From the IMG/VR virus record IMGVR_UViG_3300020193_000015: 64,000 nt of DNA. One strand, written 5' to 3'. Positions 56,606-64,000 of the stretch are shown in pieces. Origin of the DNA: a virus. Below the pieces are notes generated by a model that worked only from the letters and a program-made list of their open reading frames with translations, did not search any database and was not told the origin of the DNA. Numbering within the stretch: position 1 is the stretch's first letter; each line of letters begins with the position of its first letter. The translations under genes were made by a program, and so were the position numbers.

Positions 56606-56664
56606 GTGTATTCCTTTAGACTCCGAACCAATACATATTTGTGGCATGAATTGATTGTAATTTA

Positions 56665-56952
56665 TCATATAGGTCGATATTGTCTCGTAACAACTTCAAT
56701 ATTCTCTAATTCTTGTGGTAATGGCGGACTGTAAGCTGTATCATTAGGGTTTTCTTTTTGTATACTTCTGGCATTGTCAATAATTTGTCTTGCTTGAATA
56801 GGATTAATGATTTCTTCAGACGGTGCATATGGGTTTTTAGTTGGTCTGCCTAATTGTAATGCTTGATATGCAGCCAGAAAGCGGCCTCTACGGTATTGAT
56901 GCCTTGGATTAGGGATAAATTCGTCACCCATGAATTCTCTGAAAGTAACCAT
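56665..56952 (-). CDS. hypothetical protein (minus strand)
   Basis: fills a region with no plus-strand gene between hairpin copies C and D. Confidence 0.3.
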   Translation of the reverse strand: MVTFREFMGDEFIPNPRHQYRRGRFLAAYQALQLGRPTKNPYAPSEEIINPIQARQIIDNARSIQKENPNDTAYSPPLPQELENIEVVTRQYRPI

Positions 56953-56969
56953 GATAATTATCTATTCAA

Positions 56970-57008
56970 GTATCGTTCTATTCTTACGGGAATACGAAGG
57001 ATGTACTC
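56970..57008 (+). promoter_or_regulatory. conserved hairpin motif (copy D; 1-nt insertion; ends in GGATGTACT)
   Basis: read directly. Confidence 0.5.
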
Positions 57009-57026
57009 TAATCAACTTCAAGCAAT

Positions 57027-57041
57027 TTTAATTGTACCAAG
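57027..57041 (+). promoter_or_regulatory. conserved 15-mer TTTAATTGTACCAAG (copy 11)
   Basis: 21 nt upstream of ATG 57063. Confidence 0.6.
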
Positions 57042-57062
57042 GAGAAATAAAAAAGGAAAAAA

Positions 57063-57314
57063 ATGGCTAACCAATTACAAGTCCTGCGAATCCCTGTAAA
57101 AGATGCTCTGCCCGATAACGATCAATGGACGAATCGCTTCGAAATTCGTAGTCAAACCAGTAATCGTGTGTATATTGTGGCTCAGAATAAGGCTAAACGG
57201 CACTTCGGGTGCAGTTGCCCGGCGTACCGTGTTCACCGTCATTGCAAGCATCTGAAGGCTTTGGCCCTTCCTTGCTATGAAAAGCCTCATGAAGTTCAAG
57301 TTACTAAGGGGTAA
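57063..57314 (+). CDS. SWIM zinc-finger-like small protein
   Basis: CSCPAYRVHRHCKH (CxC..CxH). Confidence 0.4.
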   Translation: MANQLQVLRIPVKDALPDNDQWTNRFEIRSQTSNRVYIVAQNKAKRHFGCSCPAYRVHRHCKHLKALALPCYEKPHEVQVTKG

Positions 57315-57522
57315 ATTATGAAAAACCCTTTTGACCAATTAAGTTGGATAGGATTGTTGTTTTTGCTAGAACGCACAGACTTTAATGAACCTTAGATGGG
57401 TTTGGATTTGCTTCAACTATGAGACAAGAGTTGTTAGAGGCAGCGAATCGCAAAGTTCAAGCAAATAATAATGATCCAATTATGATGGGAGTTCTTCAAC
57501 AAATTCGCAAAAGATTAAATTA

Positions 57523-57792
57523 ATGGAAAAATATAACGGTCAAACACTTGGATGGGGACCGTGGCGTAAGGATTGGTATAGTATCTGTTCCGCACACAGA
57601 AACTACGATTCTGAATGCCATTTGTGTGCCGCTGGCCATTATTGCAATAAATGGAAGTTGTTTTTGTGGCATATCGTTTTTAAAATTTCCCCTAAGTTGT
57701 GGCAATGGTGGGCAAATCAGCCAAACAGAAAGTCTAGAAAATTCATTGAAGAGGTTTTCCCTAATCTAAGGCACGAAGATAACATCCAGTAA
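57523..57792 (+). CDS. hypothetical Cys/His-rich protein
   Basis: ORF track. Confidence 0.35.
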   Translation: MEKYNGQTLGWGPWRKDWYSICSAHRNYDSECHLCAAGHYCNKWKLFLWHIVFKISPKLWQWWANQPNRKSRKFIEEVFPNLRHEDNIQ

Positions 57793-57800
57793 AAACCAAA

Positions 57801-57838
57801 AGTACCGTTCTGTTCTTACGGGAATAGAAGGATGTACT
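57801..57838 (+). promoter_or_regulatory. conserved hairpin motif (copy E)
   Basis: stem TTCTGTTC/GAATAGAA with one G-U pair. Confidence 0.5.
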
Positions 57839-57881
57839 ACGCATAGACAGAAACTAAAATTTTGGATATAATATTGATACC

Positions 57882-57918
57882 GTGCCGTTTTATCCTCAAG
57901 GGGACAAAAGGATGCACA
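57882..57918 (+). promoter_or_regulatory. conserved hairpin motif (copy F); its embedded ATG (57912) is the likely start of the next gene
   Basis: stem TTTTATCC/GGACAAAA. Confidence 0.55.
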
Positions 57919-58196
57919 CATTACCAGATTTTGAATATAAAGGCTGGGAACTCAATGATGCCTTGAATGCCATTTATGCATATGATAAAGGTTTTACAGA
58001 TTCAGGCGTCAGTGATCCAATCATGATGCAGGCTGTAAGTGATTATTTTGGTAAACTGGATAGAAATCAAACTGAATTAGTTGTATCAAATTATCTGTTT
58101 AAATATTGTTTATCACCAGAGGCTATTATGGCTGGTTATGGTGTCGCTGATGCACAAGAATTCATTAAATGGTGGGAAGAAAATTTTTATTTATAG
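57912..58196 (+). CDS. hypothetical protein (MHTLPDFEYKGW..)
   Basis: the ORF track starts at GTG 57882 inside the motif. Confidence 0.4.
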   Translation: MHTLPDFEYKGWELNDALNAIYAYDKGFTDSGVSDPIMMQAVSDYFGKLDRNQTELVVSNYLFKYCLSPEAIMAGYGVADAQEFIKWWEENFYL

Positions 58197-58210
58197 AAGG
58201 GAGTAACTAA

Positions 58211-58597
58211 TTGAAACCAACTACTCGCAATATTATCGTTGACATTATTATCAGCGATCATCAAACTAAAGGCAATGCTTATCTGCCTCATCAAGATAAA
58301 GTTGAATTAACGAATTACTTAGTTCACGTTTTAGTTAATCCAGCGACATTAAAAAGGCATTTGCAATTCTTAGCTGATATGAATGTTAAACCTAATTGCG
58401 CAGTAGATAGCGAAACGGCCAATTTGATGCTTCATGAAGGTTTAGATAATATTAATAAGTCGGCAATTGCTAAACTGGCTATTGATAAAATTGCTTTGAT
58501 TTTTCTTCATAGGCAAATCGACAAATTAACTCCTGAAAAGTGGATAAAGGCGATTGAAGCTGAAGGTGTTAAGAAGCTAGTACCTCAAGAGAAATGA
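58211..58597 (+). CDS. hypothetical protein
   Basis: ORF track. Confidence 0.4.
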   Translation: MKPTTRNIIVDIIISDHQTKGNAYLPHQDKVELTNYLVHVLVNPATLKRHLQFLADMNVKPNCAVDSETANLMLHEGLDNINKSAIAKLAIDKIALIFLHRQIDKLTPEKWIKAIEAEGVKKLVPQEK

Positions 58598-58598
58598 A

Positions 58599-58871
58599 AT
58601 GAAATATTTTCTTATTGTTTTATGTTTGTTCATTTGTGGATGCAGAAAACAAAATAATAAAGCTGTAGAAGCTGTGTCTGTCCGACCCGTTTTTGCAAGC
58701 CAAGAAGATTTTTTATCTCAATTTCCAACAGATTCAAAAAACATCAAAGATATTGGCAATGGCTGGTTTACATTTGATTGTGTAGTTTCGGGAAAAAACA
58801 GAACCTTTTTGCTGGGGCGATATAGAACCTACGGCAGCTATATCTCAGGGACAATTACGGAGTTAAAGTGA
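58599..58871 (+). CDS. putative lipoprotein
   Basis: MKYFLIVLCLFICGC lipobox. Confidence 0.4.
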   Translation: MKYFLIVLCLFICGCRKQNNKAVEAVSVRPVFASQEDFLSQFPTDSKNIKDIGNGWFTFDCVVSGKNRTFLLGRYRTYGSYISGTITELK

Positions 58872-59025
58872 TAAAGTGATGACTATGACCAAAGAAGATT
58901 TAAAGGATTGCGATGAAACACCCACTTTAATTCTAAGTTTACCTGAACATGGTTTAATTGTAAATGTAGTTGATCTTGTAGCAAATAGAGAAGATAATTC
59001 AGTTAGAGTAATAGTAAGAATTTAA

Positions 59026-59391
59026 ATGGAAGGGAAAGTGATGGACCAAAAAACATGGCAGGAATTCTATTGCAATAAATGTCCAGGCGGCAACTACATC
59101 ATGGTCAAACTCAATATAGGGCTTGACTATACTGTAGCTGTTGTTTGCCCTATGTGTGGCGCTAAACATGAACGCACAATTGAAAAGGGGCAAATCTTTG
59201 ATAGAGGCAAAAAAAATAATTATATAGAAGAAATCTGCCCACCTAAATCTGCTTGTAGTAAAGAAGCAAGACATTCTAAAATTAAACCTGGAGCAAGAGA
59301 TGGTGCTATAGTTAAAACAGATAAAGATTTAGTCAGAGATAGCATCATGCGTGAACTTTGGTTAAGCTATCATGGTGGCGAGCAAGATTAA
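59026..59391 (+). CDS. hypothetical zinc-ribbon protein
   Basis: CNKCPGG..CPMCG. Confidence 0.4.
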   Translation: MEGKVMDQKTWQEFYCNKCPGGNYIMVKLNIGLDYTVAVVCPMCGAKHERTIEKGQIFDRGKKNNYIEEICPPKSACSKEARHSKIKPGARDGAIVKTDKDLVRDSIMRELWLSYHGGEQD

Positions 59392-59668
59392 TGGTATTGA
59401 ACTTTTAAATAAAAAGCATCTCGGTTGGAAAGAAAAGATTGATAAAGATAAGATCAAGATGGAATGGGGAAATCCTGAACCCTTTACCGGCTGCGGTTGT
59501 ATTTTGACACAGATTTATGGGCTATATGCTAAAGGTTTGTTAGAAGTGTGCCCAGATTATAAAGAAAAAGGCGGCTATCGTGGTTCTGCTGTTTACTATG
59601 GTTTTACGATAGCTGAATCAGATACCTATTTCAATGAATTAACAGAAGAATGGAAAAAACAATTATAA
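59372..59668 (+). CDS. hypothetical protein
   Basis: ORF track. Confidence 0.35.
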   Translation: MVASKINGIELLNKKHLGWKEKIDKDKIKMEWGNPEPFTGCGCILTQIYGLYAKGLLEVCPDYKEKGGYRGSAVYYGFTIAESDTYFNELTEEWKKQL

Positions 59669-59669
59669 T

Positions 59670-59705
59670 GTGCCGTTTTATTCTCAAGGGAATAAAAGGA
59701 TGCAC
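59670..59705 (+). promoter_or_regulatory. conserved hairpin motif (copy G), perfect stem TTTTATTC/GAATAAAA
   Basis: read directly; an MHEKTTRD uORF, then the gene at 59729. Confidence 0.55.
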
Positions 59706-59728
59706 GAAAAAACAACTAGAGACTGAAA

Positions 59729-60571
59729 ATGCGTAGAGGCAATAATAATTCCTGGTTAATGCTGTCCAATTTAGTCCCCGAAACCAAAAATGATGTTCTA
59801 CTTGGCATCAATTTAGGCGCTGACTACACTGCGGAGCATGAATGGGGAATTGATGGTCTTAAACAATCATTCAAGATCAAGGATGAAGGTTTAGGTATTG
59901 AAAAGAGACGTATAGAAGATTGCTCAAAAGTTGAATACAGCGAAAAAGTTAAAACTGTAAAGAAAACAAAGACAAAAGAAGCAGTCTTATTTGTTAATCG
60001 CTATGGTTTGCCAAATTTCGCTGATAGGATTTGTGAAGATGGCGAACTAAATTGGCCTTGTTATTTTAATCCTACTATTCCAAAGGATTTAGTAACAGCT
60101 TGGAGCGAAGATGATTTTGGCATTCGTGTAAGAAACGAAGAAGTTGCCAAACTTAATGAACTTTATCAAGAATTTAAGAAAAAGAATGTCGCTGTTTGGG
60201 TAGGTGGTGGCCATGTTTTCCAAAACGGTGGTCTTATTTTTGGAATTATTGATAGGATTCCAGAACAATATAAACAACAAATGTATGATAGCGACCTGGA
60301 CAGGCAGAACTTAAATGAAGCTGCTGAAAAGACAGGTATTAAAAAGAAATTGGAAGATGCAGATAAAGGTAAAAGATGGGAACTTAAGGAGTTTGGCTTT
60401 TATGCATTAAGTCCACGATGGGCCAAAGAACGAAAAGAAATTGAAACACAATACCCTGTAATTTTCTGGCTTAACCCTAACCATCAAGATAGGTTTAAAG
60501 CTGGGTATTTTAGTGTGGAAAATTTGAAAGATTGGATGCTGAATAAGGGTCCGATTATCAAAAAGTCATGA
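59729..60571 (+). CDS. hypothetical protein
   Basis: ORF track. Confidence 0.45.
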   Translation: MRRGNNNSWLMLSNLVPETKNDVLLGINLGADYTAEHEWGIDGLKQSFKIKDEGLGIEKRRIEDCSKVEYSEKVKTVKKTKTKEAVLFVNRYGLPNFADRICEDGELNWPCYFNPTIPKDLVTAWSEDDFGIRVRNEEVAKLNELYQEFKKKNVAVWVGGGHVFQNGGLIFGIIDRIPEQYKQQMYDSDLDRQNLNEAAEKTGIKKKLEDADKGKRWELKEFGFYALSPRWAKERKEIETQYPVIFWLNPNHQDRFKAGYFSVENLKDWMLNKGPIIKKS

Positions 60572-61071
60572 GTTACAAAGATCACGCCAAGATTAGTCAA
60601 TTACGCTATACCGATCCGAAACTTTCAAAAACCGGCTTTGAATTTAAAGTTGACCGCTGGTTTACGCCAGTAATCGACCCTGATAACTTGGCTTATTATT
60701 CTTTATTTAAGCCATTTAATCTGTCATATTATCTAAGCCCACGTCTGCCTATTGACATGGGTTTGACTGACTTTGAGACAATATTTGGGAAAGTGCCTAA
60801 TGTATTGAGAATGCCCATTAAGTTTCCCAATACTGAATACAGAATCCCAAAGGAATTTGCTAGACTTCAACCATTCTTTCAAAGATTAGCTGGATATGAG
60901 GCTTGGATTAATGAACAGCATGATAGTTCTTTCGCTCATATGGCATTACCCAACAGTTTATTTGAGAAGCGGGTGTCGGTCAACGGGACTTTGAATATCA
61001 TATTCTTTAATTTTTCCGAGTTATCTGTGAAGGATTCATTGATCCAGAGTTTGAAGTTTCGCATGAAATAG
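60568..61071 (+). CDS. hypothetical protein
   Basis: ORF track. Confidence 0.4.
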   Translation: MSYKDHAKISQLRYTDPKLSKTGFEFKVDRWFTPVIDPDNLAYYSLFKPFNLSYYLSPRLPIDMGLTDFETIFGKVPNVLRMPIKFPNTEYRIPKEFARLQPFFQRLAGYEAWINEQHDSSFAHMALPNSLFEKRVSVNGTLNIIFFNFSELSVKDSLIQSLKFRMK

Positions 61072-61079
61072 TTATAGAT

Positions 61080-61568
61080 ATGGTTATGAAATTTAAAGAG
61101 TGGTTTAGATTAGATGAAGGATTGCAGATCATACACATTGATCCAGAAGAGGATTGGGAGTATGGGGAGCAGGCTTATCAGATAGCTAAGATGGTAAATA
61201 TTCGTCCATCACGGAACAAGAATCCTACGATAATTGCCTTAAACGACAAATCGGAGGTAATTGGTGCGGCATTTACGTCATGGGAGGACGATCATGATGC
61301 TACGCAAGAGGCAGGGGAGCCGATAGCTCATTATGATTTTGATGTTGTGGTACATCCATCGTGGCAGGGATATGAGATGGTGGGGATGAAGTTGATACGT
61401 CAGGCGGAATTAGAGCGTAAGAATTTAGAATCACAATATGGTCAGAAGGCATATACACGAACTTGGGTAGTGAATCCGAAGTTAGCTAGGGTATTACAGA
61501 CGCCACGCTATGGATACGAGGCAGATTCCGAGTATTCTGATGGTTCTGCTCATTTGAGGAAGTGGTAA
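61080..61568 (+). CDS. hypothetical protein
   Basis: ORF track. Confidence 0.4.
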   Translation: MVMKFKEWFRLDEGLQIIHIDPEEDWEYGEQAYQIAKMVNIRPSRNKNPTIIALNDKSEVIGAAFTSWEDDHDATQEAGEPIAHYDFDVVVHPSWQGYEMVGMKLIRQAELERKNLESQYGQKAYTRTWVVNPKLARVLQTPRYGYEADSEYSDGSAHLRKW

Positions 61569-61759
61569 TGTTTAAAAAATGGTTAGAGAATGAGGAATTA
61601 GTGCAATAAAAACGAAATGCACGAAATGTCACTCATTCAATTGTCTTTATTTGAAGATGGTCGTCTATTTGCATGACGGTCATCATCGTGTTGTATCGAC
61701 GTTTCTGGCGGGGCGGAAAGAACTCGATCCATCCGAATATCATGTCACCAATTGGACCT

Positions 61760-62470
61760 ATTCGGTAGGCATTAAGGCTCCTTATAGGCCACGGACGATT
61801 TGGCGGAAGTGGTCCACGTCTTCACGGCTGTCCTGGATTTGTCCTTCAAGGAAAATCTCAAGCCACTGCCCATCAACGCCTCCTAACTCGTCAGAGTCAC
61901 GCATACGCTTGACGTAGTTGGTGACTACCTCTTCTTCCATCGTCAAGGCATACCGAAGTATATCCTTCGGGTCCGTCATGAGGGGGAAACTATTGCTTTC
62001 TTCCGTGGCTTTTCCACCCAGGCCCACGATCACGTCCGAGAAGGCCGTAACGTGAAGCATCTCGCCAGCGGCTTCTTTGAGGAATAATTCCTTGTATTCC
62101 TCGCAGTGGAGGCCCTGGACGGCGCTGGCGTGATACAGGTAGAAGCGAAGATGCTTCCACTCGTTCTTGAGATCGTCGTTCAGCAAGTCAATCATCTGTT
62201 GCTTGTTCATTCTTTTCTTTACTTTCCAAAGGGCGTCGTGCCGTGGTCGTGGGAGTATTCCATTTCCTTGAAACCGCCGTAGTTGAACGACGGCCTTTCG
62301 TTGGATTGGGCGACTTGCCAAGCCAACTCAAAAGCGTAGCACGCCACGCTTTGAATGCCCGCCATGTTGATCCGGTCAACCGTGTCGCTAGGCGTATGGT
62401 AGGCACTGATGCATCTGAAATTGAACCAGATCATTACCATCGTTTCCCCGGATTTCATGGCGATGGCATT
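61760..62470. other. GC-rich segment of foreign (bacterial-like) composition inserted in AT-rich phage sequence
   Basis: abrupt composition change visible by eye; carries minus-strand ferritin-like and peptidase-fragment ORFs; flanking plus-strand phage ORF pieces (61651.. and ..62896) lie in different frames. Confidence 0.5.
61782..62210 (-). CDS. ferritin-like (bacterioferritin/Dps-type) protein
   Basis: IDLLNDDLKNEWKHLRFYLYHASAVQGLHCEEYKELFLKEAAGEMLHVTAFSDVIVGLGG follows the ferritin-like diiron helix pattern; start taken at MNKQQ (the ORF track extends to 62321). Confidence 0.5.
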   Translation of the reverse strand: MNKQQMIDLLNDDLKNEWKHLRFYLYHASAVQGLHCEEYKELFLKEAAGEMLHVTAFSDVIVGLGGKATEESNSFPLMTDPKDILRYALTMEEEVVTNYVKRMRDSDELGGVDGQWLEIFLEGQIQDSREDVDHFRQIVRGL

Positions 62471-62473
62471 CAA
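62219..62473 (-). pseudogene. 3' fragment of an M28-family peptidase gene
   Basis: YHTPSDTVDRIN motif; the 5' part is missing at the segment boundary. Confidence 0.4.
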
Positions 62474-62896
62474 GGGACTAAATTAACTCCAAAGGTAAAT
62501 GTTGAGCATTCTTATATTGTAACGACTGCTCCAGCTACAGAGTTTTGCTTGCAACCATTCTTCCTTAAACATTTGGATGAAGCAAAGCATAATTTCTTTT
62601 TGGAATTTGACAAGCAAGCCAAAAAAGATAACATTTATACATCTTTACCGGGGCATTTGTATCTGATTGATCCTTATATGGTTCATAGGACACCTAAGAT
62701 TACTAAAAAGTGCAGAAGGGTATTCGTCAGGATTACATATGCATTTACTGAATTGCAACATCCTAAAAATACTGTGAACCCTATGTTTGAAGGGCAGCAA
62801 TATGAAAAAAGGGTGGATATCAGAGAAAATCTAACACCTTTTGAATTTGCTGTGCCTTATCATCTGTATGGAATTAATTGTACCAAGAAAGCGTAG
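62470..62896 (+). CDS. C-terminal portion of a phage gene apparently split by the GC-rich insertion
   Basis: AT-rich coding continuation of ORF 62243..62896 after the patch; the putative N-terminal piece is 61651..about 61765. Confidence 0.3.
62873..62887 (+). promoter_or_regulatory. 15-mer variant ATTAATTGTACCAAG (copy 12)
   Basis: followed by a perfect 10-bp hairpin AGAGAATCAC..GTGATTCTCT, then ATG 62976. Confidence 0.5.
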
Positions 62897-62975
62897 ATAA
62901 GGCTTGACTTTAGAGAATCACATTTGTAGGATAAGTGATTCTCTGGTTTTTACAATTTCAAAAAGGACAAGGAAA

Positions 62976-63197
62976 ATGTCGAAAACGGAGTATTTGCTAA
63001 GAAGTGTGTTGCGGAATGTGAATCAGATTCAAGCAGATGATGAATTCACAAAAAATAGGCTATCCGATATATCCTATTTTACCAAAGCAGCTATAATTGC
63101 CCAAGAATTCCATGAACAATATACTGCTGATGACCAAAGGGGCCGGGATAAACTACGTGATAGGAGCAATTATTTTTTGAAGACCATTGACCATTAG
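62976..63197 (+). CDS. hypothetical protein
   Basis: ATG preceded by AAGGACAAGGAAA; the ORF track starts at 62904. Confidence 0.35.
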   Translation: MSKTEYLLRSVLRNVNQIQADDEFTKNRLSDISYFTKAAIIAQEFHEQYTADDQRGRDKLRDRSNYFLKTIDH

Positions 63198-63579
63198 TTG
63201 CCAACCACCTGTGCCGGTTTTTGTTTGTGCATATTGGTCAATTAGTTGTTTTATTTGTAATTGGATTGGTCCGGTTGAACTCGGCGTGTTGTCAAGTTGT
63301 TGGGCGGCTGTTTTATTGGTATTGATAGACTTGTGGAGCATTTTTATGAAGCAAAAATTCAGTGTAGCGGAAGACACGACAGGCGACAAAGTGCATAAAA
63401 TCATGGTGGAAAACTGCCCTACTTCTGGGCTTCAACGAACAGAACAAATAGGTATGTATTTTTGGAATAGAATTTGGCTAATGCGTCCATGTACTTTAAG
63501 TGAGATAGAACATATAGTTAAAGTTGTCAAAGACTTAGAAGACCAACTTTGGGGTGTGGGAGAAACGTGCTGCAAGTAG
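63187..63579 (+). CDS. hypothetical membrane protein
   Basis: ORF track. Confidence 0.3.
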   Translation: MTISCQPPVPVFVCAYWSISCFICNWIGPVELGVLSSCWAAVLLVLIDLWSIFMKQKFSVAEDTTGDKVHKIMVENCPTSGLQRTEQIGMYFWNRIWLMRPCTLSEIEHIVKVVKDLEDQLWGVGETCCK

Positions 63580-63833
63580 AGCGTCACCATCACAAAGGCA
63601 ACGATCAGATCGTCGCCCTCTGCAAGACCAGCAAGGAGTTGTACAAGCAAGTAGTTATCACGCCCAAGACCTTCGGGTTCGTGATTGACGTGCAGTACGA
63701 AGTACCCGATCAGCCAAAAGGTGAGAAACATAAAGGTGTTTGTGCCATAGGCAGGAAAGTAATCAGGGACGAGGATGTTTCAAGGAACGGTTTGTTTCCG
63801 TCATCGTCCAATAGGAGAATTGCCAGTAATTAA
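63570..63833 (+). pseudogene. degraded TnpB-like fragment
   Basis: KQVVITPKTFGFVIDVQYE matches KQVMITPKTFGFIVDIQYE of the 16416 TnpB-like gene; the RuvC-I Asp is lost (GVCAIG); composition is more GC-rich than the surroundings. Confidence 0.45.
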
Positions 63834-63987
63834 TGAATGTGTAATATGTAGAGAACCATTTTACATGTGGCTTTGTTCAGATATCGTATGGCATGGACTC
63901 CCAAAAAAACTATGGAAAAAAACAATCTGTGAAAACTGTTTTGTGAGTAAAATCAATGGCTGTAAAACTAAAAAAGCGTGTCGTTAG
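63775..63987 (+). CDS. hypothetical Cys-rich protein
   Basis: ORF track. Confidence 0.3.
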   Translation: MFQGTVCFRHRPIGELPVINECVICREPFYMWLCSDIVWHGLPKKLWKKTICENCFVSKINGCKTKKACR

Positions 63988-64000
63988 AGAAACAAATGAA

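Noticed and set aside
56483-56734. ORF 56483..56734 as a gene
   Set aside because: Its frame runs straight through hairpin motif copy C (translation VLECRSILTGIEGCT is just the motif), so it is most likely an artefact

Overview
This is an AT-rich, densely packed window of almost entirely plus-strand genes with the character of a large (jumbo-type) bacteriophage genome. It carries many small ORFs, five HNH-family endonuclease genes, tRNA and tRNA-like genes, and auxiliary enzymes: RNA ligase-like, Thg1-like, NUDIX, thioredoxin, ADP-ribosylglycohydrolase, HD-domain hydrolase, a J-domain protein, vWA and flotillin-like proteins. No capsid, terminase or portal gene was recognised. The main feature is a compact, phage-embedded type V CRISPR-Cas locus. 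It consists of a 1020-aa RuvC-split Cas12-like effector (30848..33910), two hairpin terminators, and a 26-repeat array of 37-bp repeats (34260..36080). No cas1, cas2 or cas4 genes and no anti-repeat (tracrRNA) are evident. A TnpB-like gene sits at 16416..17588 and a degraded TnpB-like fragment near 63570. An orphan degenerate CRISPR repeat lies at 39654. A candidate ochre/amber-suppressor tRNA (anticodon UUA) lies 1.3 kb upstream of a paralog gene carrying an in-frame TAG. Two families of exactly conserved intergenic motifs were found: a 15-mer TTTAATTGTACCAAG (12 copies) and a hairpin with compensatory base changes that ends in AAGGATGCAC (7 copies). A roughly 700-bp GC-rich foreign segment (about 61760..62470) carries a ferritin-like gene and a peptidase gene fragment. 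All calls rest on reading the sequence and the ORF track, with motif-level recognition only. No database searches were run.
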